In this document: positions 20,455 to 31,139 of the stretch, piece by piece
How positions within the stretch are numbered: the stretch's first letter is position 1
Layout of the letters: every line of letters starts with the position of its first letter
DNA from: Octopus bimaculoides
Lineage: Eukaryota
DNA length: 35,606 bases
Direction: 5' to 3'
Assembly (NCBI RefSeq): GCF_001194135.2
Contig: NC_069008.1
Location: 7,961,690-7,997,295 of the forward strand
Program-made: the position numbers and the translations under genes
Notes under the pieces: generated by a model
What the model was told of the DNA's origin: nothing
Databases searched by the model: none
What the model saw: only the letters and a program-made list of their open reading frames with translations

Positions 20455-21055
20455 GTGGCCATTGCTGGTGTCCTGTAAACGGCACCTGTGAAATGGTAAT
20501 CATGAATGTTGCCAGAAGCATGAGGTTTGAATATTGCGCCACATGGAAGTGATGACAAACAACCAAAACCTTTGGCGATATGCTGTGTTTGAAAAGACTC
20601 GTTAAGCCAAGTGAAATTGTAGTCACGGCCATTGCCAGTGTCCTGTAAATGACACCTGTGAAATCATAGACTTGGCCATTAGCATGATCTTTGAATGTTG
20701 GGCCTCACATAAGCATGGGATGAGGTGGTGAAGTATGATCTACGAAAGTTGGGCCTCACGGAAGTGATGACAAGTGACTGAGACCTTTGGTGATATGCTG
20801 TGCTTGAGAAGATGTTAAAAATTGAAATTGTAACCATGACTATTGCTAGCGTCATGTAGATGGCACTTATGCTGGTAGCATGTATGTAAAAAGCACGCAT
20901 TACACTTTTGAAGTGGTTGGCATTAGGAAGGGCAACCAGCTGTAGAAACCATGCCAAATCAGACTGAAACCTGGTGCAGCTCCATGGTATGCCAGTTCCA
21001 GTCAAACCATCCAACCCATGCCAGCATGGAAAGCAGATGTTAAATGATGATGATG
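20455..21055 (+). mobile_element. Composite RTE-tailed element containing two copies of an RTE ORF2 C-terminal remnant
   Basis: 20716-20811 translates WDEVVKYDLRKLGLTEVMTSD*DLW*YAVLEK (both stops are consistent with CGA>TGA); a second decayed copy lies at about 20520-20600; C1 tail at 20910-21055. Confidence 0.7.
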
Positions 21056-21099
21056 AATGTGAATAAAAAAGCATTACATCTGACAGAATAATGTGCATG

Positions 21100-21255
21100 T
21101 TAAAAGGTTATGTAGTTCACTTCACAATCATGAAGTCTCAGGTTCAATCTTACTGCATGGCATCTTGGACAAGCATCATTTACCACACATAGCCGTTGTC
21201 TGATCCAAGCTTTGTGAGTGCAAGTAGATAGAATAATACTATGCAGAAGCCTGTC
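21100..21255 (+). mobile_element. Old SINE family A head
   Basis: CAATCATGAAGTCTCAGGTTCAATCTTACTGCATGGCATCTTGGACAAG..GCTTTGTGAGTG. Confidence 0.55.
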
Positions 21256-21266
21256 AGGAAGACTAC

Positions 21267-21500
21267 CATCATCAGCAGTAGCATCGCTTGATGTCCACTT
21301 TTCCATGCTAGCATGGGTCAGAGGGGAATGAGACAGATTATTTTCTACAGCTGAATACCCTTCCTGTCACCAACCCTCACCTGTTTCCAAACAAATCTGC
21401 TATGATCAAACACATTCTCCACACAAGACTGGAAATGAACAACCTTGCTTATCTACAACCTTCACATCATGTCTAGACAAGGGTACAAACAAAAACAGAT
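21267..21500 (-). mobile_element. RTE-tailed retroelement (C2), decayed
   Basis: GTCCACTTTTCCATGCTAGCATGGG..TTTTCTACAGCTGAATACCCTTCCTGTCACCAACCCTCACC. Confidence 0.65.
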
Positions 21501-21514
21501 ATACATATACTACA

Positions 21515-21932
21515 TAGGTGCAGGTATCGCTGTGTGGTTCAAAAGTTTGCTTCTCCAACCACATGGTTCCAGGTTCAGTCCTACTGCATGGTACCTTGGG
21601 CAGGTGCTTTCAACTATAGTCTCAGGCTGACCAAAACCTTGTNNNNNNNNNNGGACGTTAAACGATGATGATGATGATGATGATGATATATATATATATT
21701 TATGTGTGTCTTTATGTCTGTGTTTGTTCCCCACCACCACTTGACAACCAGTGTCGGAATGCTTATGTGCCCGTAACTTAGCAGTCCAGCTAAAAGAAAT
21801 TTATAGAACAAGTACCCAGCTTAAAAAATAAATAAATAAGTAGTGGGGTCAATTCATTTTACTATAAAAGTTCTTCGGCAGTACCCCAGCATGGCCACAG
21901 TCAAATGAGTAAAACAAGCAAAAGATAAAAGA
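21515..21932 (+). mobile_element. SINE family A with a C1 (GAT)n tail (21653-21687) at its internal microsatellite, next to a 10-N gap
   Basis: Head 21515-21642, gap, GGACGTTAAAC(GAT)n, (TA)n, family A tail. Confidence 0.75.
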
Positions 21933-21936
21933 TATA

Positions 21937-22033
21937 TACAATGGGCTTCCACACAGTTTCTGTCCACCAAATCCATTGAGAAAGCTTTGATCAACTCAGA
22001 GCTACAACGAAAGATATTTACCCAAGGTGCTGC
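21937..22033 (-). mobile_element. SINE family A fragment
   Basis: GGGCTTC..CAGTTTCTGTCCACCAAATCCA..CCCAAGGTG. Confidence 0.65.
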
Positions 22034-22461
22034 CCTGCATATACATATACATATATATATNNNNNNNNNNNNNNNNNNNNNNNNNNNNNNNNNNNNNNNN
22101 NNNNNNNNNNNNNNNNNNNNNNNNNNNNNNNNNNNNNNNNNNNNNNNNNNNNNNNNNNNNNNNNNNNNNNNNNNNNNNNNNNNNNNNNNNNNNNNNNNNN
22201 NNNNNNNNNNNNNNNNNNNNNNNNNNNNNNNNNNNNNNNNNNNNNNNNNNNNNNNNNNNNNNNNNNNNNNNNNNNNNNNNNNNNNNNNNNNNNNNNNNNN
22301 NNNNNNNNNNNNNNNNNNNNNNNNNNNNNNNNNNNNNNNNNNNNNNNNNNNNNNNNNNNNNNNNNNNNNNNNNNNNNNNNNNNNNNNNNNNNNNNNNNNN
22401 NNNNNNNNNNNNNNNNNNNNNNNNNNNNNNNNNNNNNNNTAATATACACACTATTTTATTA

Positions 22462-22824
22462 TTTTCCTTGTTATAGTCATTTGACTGTGGCCATGCTGGA
22501 GTACCACCTTTTAGTTGAAGAAATCGACCCTAGGACTTATTCTTTGTAAGCCTAGTGCTTATTCTATCAGTGTCTTTTGCTGAACCGCTAAGTTTCGGCG
22601 ATGGAAACACACCAACATCAGTTGTCAAGCGATGGCGGGGGAACAAACACACACATATATACAATGGGCTTCTTTCAGTTTCTCTCTACTAAATCCACTC
22701 ACAAGGCTTTGGTTGGCCCAAAGCTTATAGTAGAAGACACTTGCCCAAGGTGCCATACAGTGGGATTGAACCCGGAACCATGTGGTTGGGAAGCAAGCTT
22801 CTTACCACACAGCCACGCCTGCGC
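22462..22824 (-). mobile_element. SINE family A, full length
   Basis: Reverse complement is colinear with 10695-11085. Confidence 0.88.
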
Positions 22825-23443
22825 CAACATGTAAAATAATTTACTATGCACTAAAATAAATTACTTTTGCATGATGCTGGCTGCAAAATAGTTGTCATTC
22901 TATGGATATCGCTGGTGAAATAAATCTATTTATGTCATACCTCTGACTCTGTGGTGCATAGCCAGGACCATTAAAGGAGCTTTTTTATGATTACCACTTT
23001 ATTATATAAATCCATATATTGTGCATTAAATATATATATATATATTTCAAATTATATCTTTGGCGAGTTAACTTGGGATTCCATAACGATAATGTAACAT
23101 TCATATAATTAAACCATCTTCGGCCTGATGAGTATAGCTAGCGGAGTACTCCTCATTGAGTAACTATTACATCAGAGGAACTGCAAGCTAAGAAACATAT
23201 TAGCTTCAGTCTCTCAATTAGTATTTTTATCCACATTCATAGCAACACAAGTTCCTAACCATTAGTTATATAAAAATATTTTTTCTGATACTCAAACGTT
23301 GATATGGAAAAAACCTGCAAACTTCGACGTCAACAAAATATTATTGTTCCTGAATGTTGATTTTTATACCCATCGTGGACTGCTTGAAGCTTACAAACTT
23401 CCTACACTTAGATCGTTGGATCTTATTATTACATATACATACA

Positions 23444-23605
23444 TAGGCACAGGAGTGGCTGTGTGGTAAGAAGCTTGCTTCCCAACCACATAGCTCTGAG
23501 TTCAGCCCCACTGCGTGGCACCTTGGGCAGGTGTCTTCTGCTATAGCCTTGGGCCAACCAAAGCCTTGTGAGCAGATTTGGTAGAGAAACTGAAAGAAGC
23601 CCATC
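23444..23605 (+). mobile_element. SINE family A head running into (TA)n(CA)n and an assembly gap
   Basis: AGGCACAGGAGTGGCTGTGTGGTAAGAAGCTTGCTTCCCAACCAC...GAAACTGAAAGAAGCCC. Confidence 0.85.
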
Positions 23606-23638
<33 letters not shown>

Positions 23639-24526
23639 TATATATATACACACACACACACGCATATATATATATATNNNNNNNNNNNNNNNNNNNNNNN
23701 NNNNNNNNNNNNNNNNNNNNNNNNNNNNNNNNNNNNNNNNNNNNNNNNNNNNNNNNNNNNNNNNNNNNNNNNNNNNNNNNNNNNNNNNNNNNNNNNNNNN
23801 NNNNNNNNNNNNNNNNNNNNNNNNNNNNNNNNNNNNNNNNNNNNNNNNNNNNNNNNNNNNNNNNNNNNNNNNNNNNNNNNNNNNNNNNNNNNNNNNNNNN
23901 NNNNNNNNNNNNNNNNNNNNNNNNNNNNNNNNNNNNNNNNNNNNNNNNNNNNNNNNNNNNNNNNNNNNNNNNNNNNNNNNNNNNNNNNNNNNNNNNNNNN
24001 NNNNNNNNNNNNNNNNNNNNNNNNNNNNNNNNNNNNNNNNNNNNNNNNNNNNNNNNNNNNNNNNNNNNNNNNNNNNNNNNNNNNNNNNNNNNNNNNNNNN
24101 NNNNNNNNNNNNNNNNNNNNNNNNNNNNNNNNNNNNNNNNNNNNNNNNNNNNNNNNNNNNNNNNNNNNNNNNNNNNNNNNNNNNNNNNNNNNNAATTCTT
24201 CTGATAGGATAAATGGGTTAATAGAAACCAATGTAGCAAAGAACACAAAATAACTGTGGTTTAGTTCCTGTTTTTAAAGCAGGAACTCCTTGAAATTTTG
24301 GTTATTTGGGTATATTTAAGAATTTAAGGATTGGAGAAAACGCATGTTATAATTGCATACTTTATTCCTACATATGTTTCAAAGGATTACAACCTGTGTG
24401 ATCCATAGGGATCTTTGATATTAAAATTGTAACCTTTCCATCAGGGAAAGCATGGGAATCATCTTAAACGTAAGACATTATGACCGATTATGAAAACAAT
24501 AGATGGATACACACACACACATACAG

Positions 24527-24683
24527 AGGCTTATTTCAGTTTCCATCTACCAAATCCACTCACAAAGCTTCGGTTGGCCATGGCCGAAGGCCATAGTAGA
24601 AGACAACCCAAGATACCATACAGTGGGACTGAACCTGAGACCACAGGTTGGGAAGCAAGCTTCTTAAACACACAGCCATACCT
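24527..24683 (-). mobile_element. SINE family A head
   Basis: Reverse complement of the head, ending at (CA)n. Confidence 0.8.
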
Positions 24684-25484
24684 CAGTATTGGTATTTTAT
24701 TTACTGACCCCAAAAGAATGAAAGGCAAAAGGGACTTGATTAGTATTTGAGCTCAGAGAGCCAGTTTGAGCACCAATGGCTGCAAATTCATCTCAGGGAG
24801 GGAAGTAGGAAAAAAAAAATAACCTCATCTGAAATTTGAACTCAGAAAATAAAGAACACCACAAAATAATGTTTTTTTGTGTGTTTTCAGCTAAATTTTA
24901 CTTTTATGGAGAATAAAAAAAAAACTCAGGTACAAAACCAGAATTTTGGAGGTGGGTGGTAGGGATAATCAGATCTGTTGATTCAACCCTCAAGCATTTA
25001 AACCGGAAGAAAATATTCTACCTGTTTTAGGTTCAAACAGGTCAGATCCAGCCTCAAGATAATGCATGACTACTTTAAAACAATGTAAATAAATAAGCAG
25101 AGTAATTTGACAGAGTAATCTGAAAGGGTCCATATTCCCTCCCTATTTTACCAGCTCCAAAAGAATAAATAGCAAAGAAGTATTTCACTGGTACTTAGTT
25201 TATCGACCCTGAAAGTCAANNNNNNNNNNNNNNNNNNNNNNNNNNNNNNNNNNNNNNNNNNNNNNNNNNNNNNNNNNNNNNNNNNNNNNNNNNNNNNNNN
25301 NNNNNNNNNNNNNNNNNNNNNNNNNNNNNNNNNNNNNNNNNNNNNNNNNNNNNNNNNNNNNNNNNNNNNNNNNNNNNNNNNNNNNNNNNNNNNNNNNNNN
25401 NNNNNNNNNNNNNNNNNNNNNNNNNNNNNNNNNNNNNNNNNNNNNNNNNNNNNNNNNNNNAATTCTGCCAGCTCACCATTTTAA

Positions 25485-25583
25485 CATCATCATCATCGTT
25501 TAACGTCCGCTTTCCATGCTAGCATGGGTTGGACGATTTGACTGAGGACTGGTGAAACCGGATGGCAACACCAGGCTCCAATC
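25485..25583 (-). mobile_element. Young 5'-truncated C1 retroelement inserted in the family M array
   Basis: Essentially identical to 35378-35478; stops abruptly at CCAATC; short TAACA flanks. Confidence 0.88.
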
Positions 25584-26649
25584 TAACAATAATAATAATT
25601 TTTTCTACTAAAGGCACAAGGCCTGAAATTTGGGGGGAGGGGGCCAATCCATTACATCAACTCTAATGTTTCATTGGTACTTAATTTATCGACCCCAAAA
25701 GGATTCCACCTCGGTGGAGGAACAATAATATTAATAATCCTTTCTACTATAGGCACAAGGCCTGAAATTTGGGGGAAGAGGGCAGTCGATTCCATCGAAC
25801 CCAGTACTCAACTGGTACTTAATTTATTGCCTCCAAAAGGATAAAAAACAACACACTCAAATACACACACATATGCTCATCAGAAATCAACCTGGTGAAA
25901 TTTGAACTCAGAAGAGACAGACGAAATGCTTAGTAGCATTTCGTCCGGCATGCTAACAATTCTGCCAATAGTAACTGTTTTTAATATAAAGACAAAGCAA
26001 GAAATTAGAGGAGCAGATAACAGTTCCATCAGCTTCCAGCATTAGCCAAACAACATATTTTATCAATACTAGCAGAATGAAAAGTAAAGTTGGCTACTAT
26101 AGGATTTGAACTCAATAAACAGCCAGAACAAATGCTGCAAAACATATTTTCCTGTCTTGCTCTGTTGGGATTCTGTCAATCCACATCTTTACATAAATGA
26201 TAATTCTTTTCTACCATAAGCACAAAGCCTGGAATTTTTAAGGGGAAGAGGCTAGTCGAATACATTAACCCCAGTGATCAACAGGTACTTATTTCAACTC
26301 AAAAAGGATAAAAGGTAACGTCAACTTCGGCAGAATTTGAACTCAGAACATAAAGACAGACAAATTGCTAACAATTTTGCCAGCTTGCTGCTCTTAAATA
26401 ATCTTTTCTACTATAGGCACAAGGCCTGAAATTTGGGGGGAGGGGAATATCAATTACATCAACCCCAGTACTGAACTGGTACATAGTTTATCAACCCTGA
26501 AAGGGGTGGCATTTGAACTGAATTTGAAAACAGACGAAATGCCACTAAGAATTTCACCTGGTATGTTAACAATTCTGTCAGCTTGCAGCCCTTAATAATG
26601 GTTCCTAATTTACATTTGACGGATATTTGTCCTCATCTTGTTTGTTGTT

Positions 26650-26692
26650 AACACGTTTTGGTTGATATACCCTCCAGCTTTCATCATGTGTC
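26650..26692 (-). ncRNA. Hammerhead motif copy 3 (C3A, G12A, 2-nt deletion; likely inactive)
   Basis: Minus strand GACAC-ATGATGA-A-AGCTG-GAGGGTATAT-CAACC-AAAAC-GT-GTT. Confidence 0.45.
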
Positions 26693-26756
26693 TTGGGGAA
26701 ATTTTGAACCTAGGTTCTCATTCCAGAATGAGAACCCAGGTTCAAAATTTCCCCAA

Positions 26757-26802
26757 GACACCTGAAGAAGGCTGGAGGGTAGATCAGCTGAAGCGTTGTG
26801 TT
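26757..26802 (+). ncRNA. Hammerhead motif copy 2 (C11.1U and A15.1G changes)
   Basis: GACAC-CTGAAGA-A-GGCTG-GAGGGTAGAT-CAGCT-GAAGC-GT-T-GTGTT. Confidence 0.55.
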
Positions 26803-27599
26803 AATAACAAACAAGATGAGGGCAAATATCTGTCAAATGTAAAATAATGTACATAATTCCTCATCTCTCAAATATAGAACGGAATGGTTTCTAATTTAGG
26901 CACAAGGCCAGCAATTTTGAGTGGAGAAGATTAGTTGATTATTTTGATCCCAAAAGGATGGAAGGAAACGATGATCTCGGCAGGAGTTGAGCTCAGAACA
27001 AAAAGAACCATAAATAAATACCATAATGCATCTTTGGGGCCTGACGTTCTAACGATTCTGTCAAATAATAATGCTAATAGTTTTTTGTGAGAGGCATGAA
27101 GCCAGAATTTGGTGGTAGAGGACAGAGCTGGTGGGTTAAACCAACCCAATACTTCACTGGTACTTTATTGACTCCAAAAGTTTAAAATACAAAGTTTGAC
27201 CTCGGCAGAATTTGAACTCAGAACAAGTAACACTGAGGCATTTTTATCCAACATCTCTCAAGGCCAGAAAATTGGAGGAATGGATTAGTCGATTCGCCAG
27301 TGTTTTTATTTGATCGATACAGAAGGAAGAAAAATAAGGTCGAGGTCGGTCTTTGAGAACTACATTCCGAGTTCAAATCCAGGCTGCTGGAATTGAAGAC
27401 CGAAAGTAAAGAAGAAAAAAAAACAGAAGAAAATATTGTCAAGCTTTTTAGACAGGCCATCTCATATTTTGTTAAAATTTCGGTACCATGGATGAAAAAA
27501 GAAAAATAATGATAATAATAATAATTTCTATATAACAATATATGAAAAGACTAGTTGTAGAAAAGAATAAAAAGCAGTCAGGCATACGATCAAAAACAA

Positions 27600-27879
27600 T
27601 CCATCAACGACCACCTTATCGTTTGCTAGATCTAGAAATTAGATTGCTCTAAATGTCCTTCTTTAATATAACTGAAAACGATGCGATTTTCAGCAGATCA
27701 TGGTTGTTGTTTCAAGCAGATCGAAGTACCATGGAGGGGTCTGCACCAGTGCAGTGTTGTGGAGTGAATGCTTCGTCGTGAATACTGAACTGAATTCTTT
27801 TACAGCCGTATTTCGAAAGCACGATTGCCAATGATACGCCTCTCCTCAGTCGAACAATCACCGTATCATTTTCAAAAGC
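27600..27879 (-). other. Candidate exon (non-repetitive, CpG-retaining) downstream of a GT-AG intron candidate at 28343-27880; 3' boundary unknown
   Basis: Minus-strand acceptor TTGTTTATGTGTGTACAG|G at 27880; upstream donor AAC|GTGAGT at 28343; no recognisable protein in any frame. Confidence 0.3.
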
Positions 27880-27889
27880 CTGTACACAC

Positions 27890-27896
27890 ATAAACA

Positions 27897-27927
<31 letters not shown>

Positions 27928-28235
27928 TGTATATATATATATATATATACATACAATATATTCCATCTTCCGGCTTTCATTTGCCATATAAAGATAGATA
28001 TATATATTATATATCTGCATATATATATTTATGGATAGATAGATGGATATGAAACATGACTTTCTAATTTATATCGTTAATACATATATATATATATTAT
28101 ATATATATATATATGGGAGTGTGAAGTATATCTAGATATAGATCCGTATATATACGTGCGTGCGCGCGCGCGCGAATGAGAAAGAAAGAAAAAAGATTCA
28201 AGTATAGATGTGCATGAGTGCGCGCGCGCGTAAGT

Positions 28236-28277
<42 letters not shown>

Positions 28278-29705
28278 ATATATATATATGTATATGTATC
28301 CGTGCGTACGTACGTGCGTGTACAAAGCAATGCGGATACTCACGTTATCTCTAGCAAGTAACCTTTTCCGCCAGGAAAAAAAACAACAAAAACCAAAAAA
28401 GCATGCAGACATACATACACACGCACACACACACACACACAAGCACGCGTGTGTGTGTGTGTGTGTGTGTCTTAGGTTGAGAAGCAATGCGATGAAAATC
28501 TATCATCAAATGTAATGTGTGGTGACTGGTACAAGGCTAGGCCAAGAATTTTACACACACACACGTGTATATATAATATATATATATATATATGTATTCA
28601 TATTAATGTATGTATACGTATGTGTGTGTGTGTGTGTGTGCCTTACATTATATACAAACATACACCAGCACACCAAGTATGGCATATTACATATTATTTA
28701 TGTGAGCCTACAAGGGAAACCGCTATTTTGCCCCAGGACCTACAAGAAATAGCAGCCAAATCTCACCTAATTCTGTTATGTGTGTATGTGTATGCGAATG
28801 TGAGTGTGCGCGAGCGTATATTATAATATCTAACGATAAAAATTTCTACTTGGTAACTAAACATGCTAGAAACAGCAACTAAATTTCCCTCATATCACAC
28901 CTAATTCTATGTATGTGTGTGTATGTGAGGTGTGTATTATATCAGCTAACGATAGGGATTTCTACATAGTAACTAACCATGCCAGAAACAGCAGTCAAAT
29001 CTCACTCAAATCATACCTAACTGTTATGTATGTATGTATTTATTATGAGCCAACGAAAAGGGGAGGGTGACTTTACAAGATAACTAAACATGTCAGAAAT
29101 AGTAGCTAAATCTTCCTCATACTTCACCATACTGCCTCGAAAATAAAAATTAAAAAAAAAACAGGAATGACATATTTGATAATGTAGTCTTAGGCAATCC
29201 CTATCCGTCAAAAATAGACGAGTTGGTCGCGGTTGGAACATATTCGATCATAGATTTACTCGACTGAAGCTGACCTATGGTGCTAAAACAATAACATTTA
29301 CCACCATTATTCTTACCACTCGTCCAAAATCTCTGGCCTTGTGCCTATATTACAAATTATCCTGGCTGCTATTACACTTCTAAAATTAGTATTTACGATT
29401 TTAATATGGCTAATTATTTTTAAGTACAGTTCTTGTTATTAACATTATTATTAATAATGGTTATGGTCGGTGTATTTGCTGTTAATAAATAATGTAGTAT
29501 TAATTATTAGCGCAGTGTAGAGAGAGAGAGAGGCTGGTTGTATTTTCGTTTGCTTCATCCATCACAATCATCATACACATTTGGTCTTCCTCGCTTTGCA
29601 ATATACACACACATGCCCAGAGGAGGAGGGTTGCTATTTCTAATCGGTCTAGCAGCAACGTAGAGGTCTCCCCGCTGGCTCATATATATACACACAAACA
29701 TACAC

Positions 29706-29762
<57 letters not shown>

Positions 29763-30900
29763 CACACACACATGTATATATATATATATAATACAAAGAA
29801 TATATATACATGTATACACACATATATGTACATACTTACATCTACATGTGTATATATATATATATACGCGCGCGCACTCACACATATGTAACACACAAGC
29901 AAACAAGACAGTAAGGGTGATTTGAGGCGGACTTGGCTGCTATTTCTACTTTCCGCTACTATGTATAGAGATCTTCCTAACTGCCTTATATGTACATAAA
30001 TATATATACATACACATGACTGACCATAAGGATATAAAGGAGACGGAAGGTTAAGGTTGTTATTCCTTGCAGTTCCACTGTCTTTCTTCCTGGTTGACAT
30101 CAACCACAAGGCCAGAAAATTTCAGTTTGTGTATATAGGAGGAAATAAGCGGTGGGAACGAGAGCTTGTATATATATATATACCGTTGATATATGTATTG
30201 AACACCCTCTCCTTTCTCATGACTGATTGATATTTATTTTATCGAGCACGTAAATGGCAGAAGGCCACAGAATTTTGTAACGGTAATAGTAGGTTGATGT
30301 TTGTTAGCCCAGATTACCCCGAAATCGAGCAGGACTTTAATAAAAAAAAAAAACAACCTATAATGACCATCTCCCCTATTTATATATAGATAGAGAGAGG
30401 GGTGAGGAGAGAGGGCTGCATTATCTAATGTGCCCTTTCTTTAAAACAGTAGGGCATAATTTCAGGGAGATTTGGCTAATATTTCTAGCAGGTTGAATCA
30501 TCACAAAGAGATTTCAATGTTGACTGCTTTTTCTAGCAGGACTAATGACCACAGAAGCTTTTTCTTTGGCACAAGAAGGAGTGGTTAAGATTACACTTCA
30601 GATTTTTCCAGTTTTCTAGGGAAATCCTGGTCGGCTTGCAAAGCTTTGAGGAGTGTATACTACAGTATACATGTATGCATGCATAGATACACTTATTCAA
30701 GAATGTGCCTGTGTGTATGTGTGTGTGAGTGAGAGAGTGGGTGTTATAGTAAAAATATATATTATGGATCATACAAGAAATCAGAAAAAATCATAGACAC
30801 GAGATTATGCGTGTGTGTGTGTGAGTGTATATATATGAGAAGCTACATATATATATATATATATATAGATAAATAGATAGATAGATAGATCTAATCAGTT
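27890..30900. repeat. Microsatellite-rich interval: (TA)n, (CA/TG)n, (GC)n, (TAGA)n
   Basis: For example 28081-28112, 28238-28276, 28450-28470, 29712-29760, 30848-30890. Confidence 0.9.
28700..29190 (+). repeat. Four degenerate tandem units of about 110-125 bp built on an AGAAATAGCAGCCAAATCTC-type repeat
   Basis: Anchor AGAAA[TC]AG at about 28745, 28868, 28985, 29095; the same motif occurs at about 9766 (+) and 30470-30540 (-). Confidence 0.7.
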
Positions 30901-31139
30901 CACAGTGCTCGGCTCGCGAATTGTAGTGTACAGAAACAAACAAGTAGATCTTTTCAAAATTAATATATACGAGAGGGCTGTACATACCTATATATCTCTC
31001 ATTACTACTTTTTTTCTTGGTTGGGTTATTTTCTCTCTTTTCGTTTGGCCTTAACAAGCCAAACCTTTACCCGTTTATCCGCCGGATTAAAATCAAACTT
31101 GTGGCATCGCTTCGTTAGTGACCGGAAGAAAAAACAACT

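Larger units (their letters stand above)
26612..26882. mobile_element. Head-to-head inverted pair of the Penelope-like hammerhead terminal module, with a 15-bp TSD
   Basis: 26612-26723 is the reverse complement of 26726-26840 (spacer CA); both arms match 11510-11620; TSD AATGGTTCCTAATTT (26597-26611) and AATGGTTTCTAATTT (26883-26897). Confidence 0.88.
24686..27390 (-). mobile_element. Array of at least 9 co-oriented family M SINE copies or fragments, with nested insertions
   Basis: AGGCACAAGGCC-type tails near 24930, 25613, 25751, 25990, 26219, 26414, 26898, 27090 and 27260, each followed by GGTACTT..TTTATC..TTTGAACTC motifs. Confidence 0.8.

Noticed and set aside
23120-23180. CTGATGAG motif suggesting another hammerhead
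   Set aside because: No GAAA follows a plausible stem II and there is no stem I/III pairing; only a weak GAGTA/TACTC hairpin.
21987-25479. Long ORFs of 140-300 aa
   Set aside because: They are read-through of N gaps and (TA)n/(CA)n repeats.
27712-28020. 102-aa minus-strand ORF as a protein-coding gene
   Set aside because: The first half is microsatellite and the remainder resembles no protein I recognise; kept only as a candidate non-coding exon.
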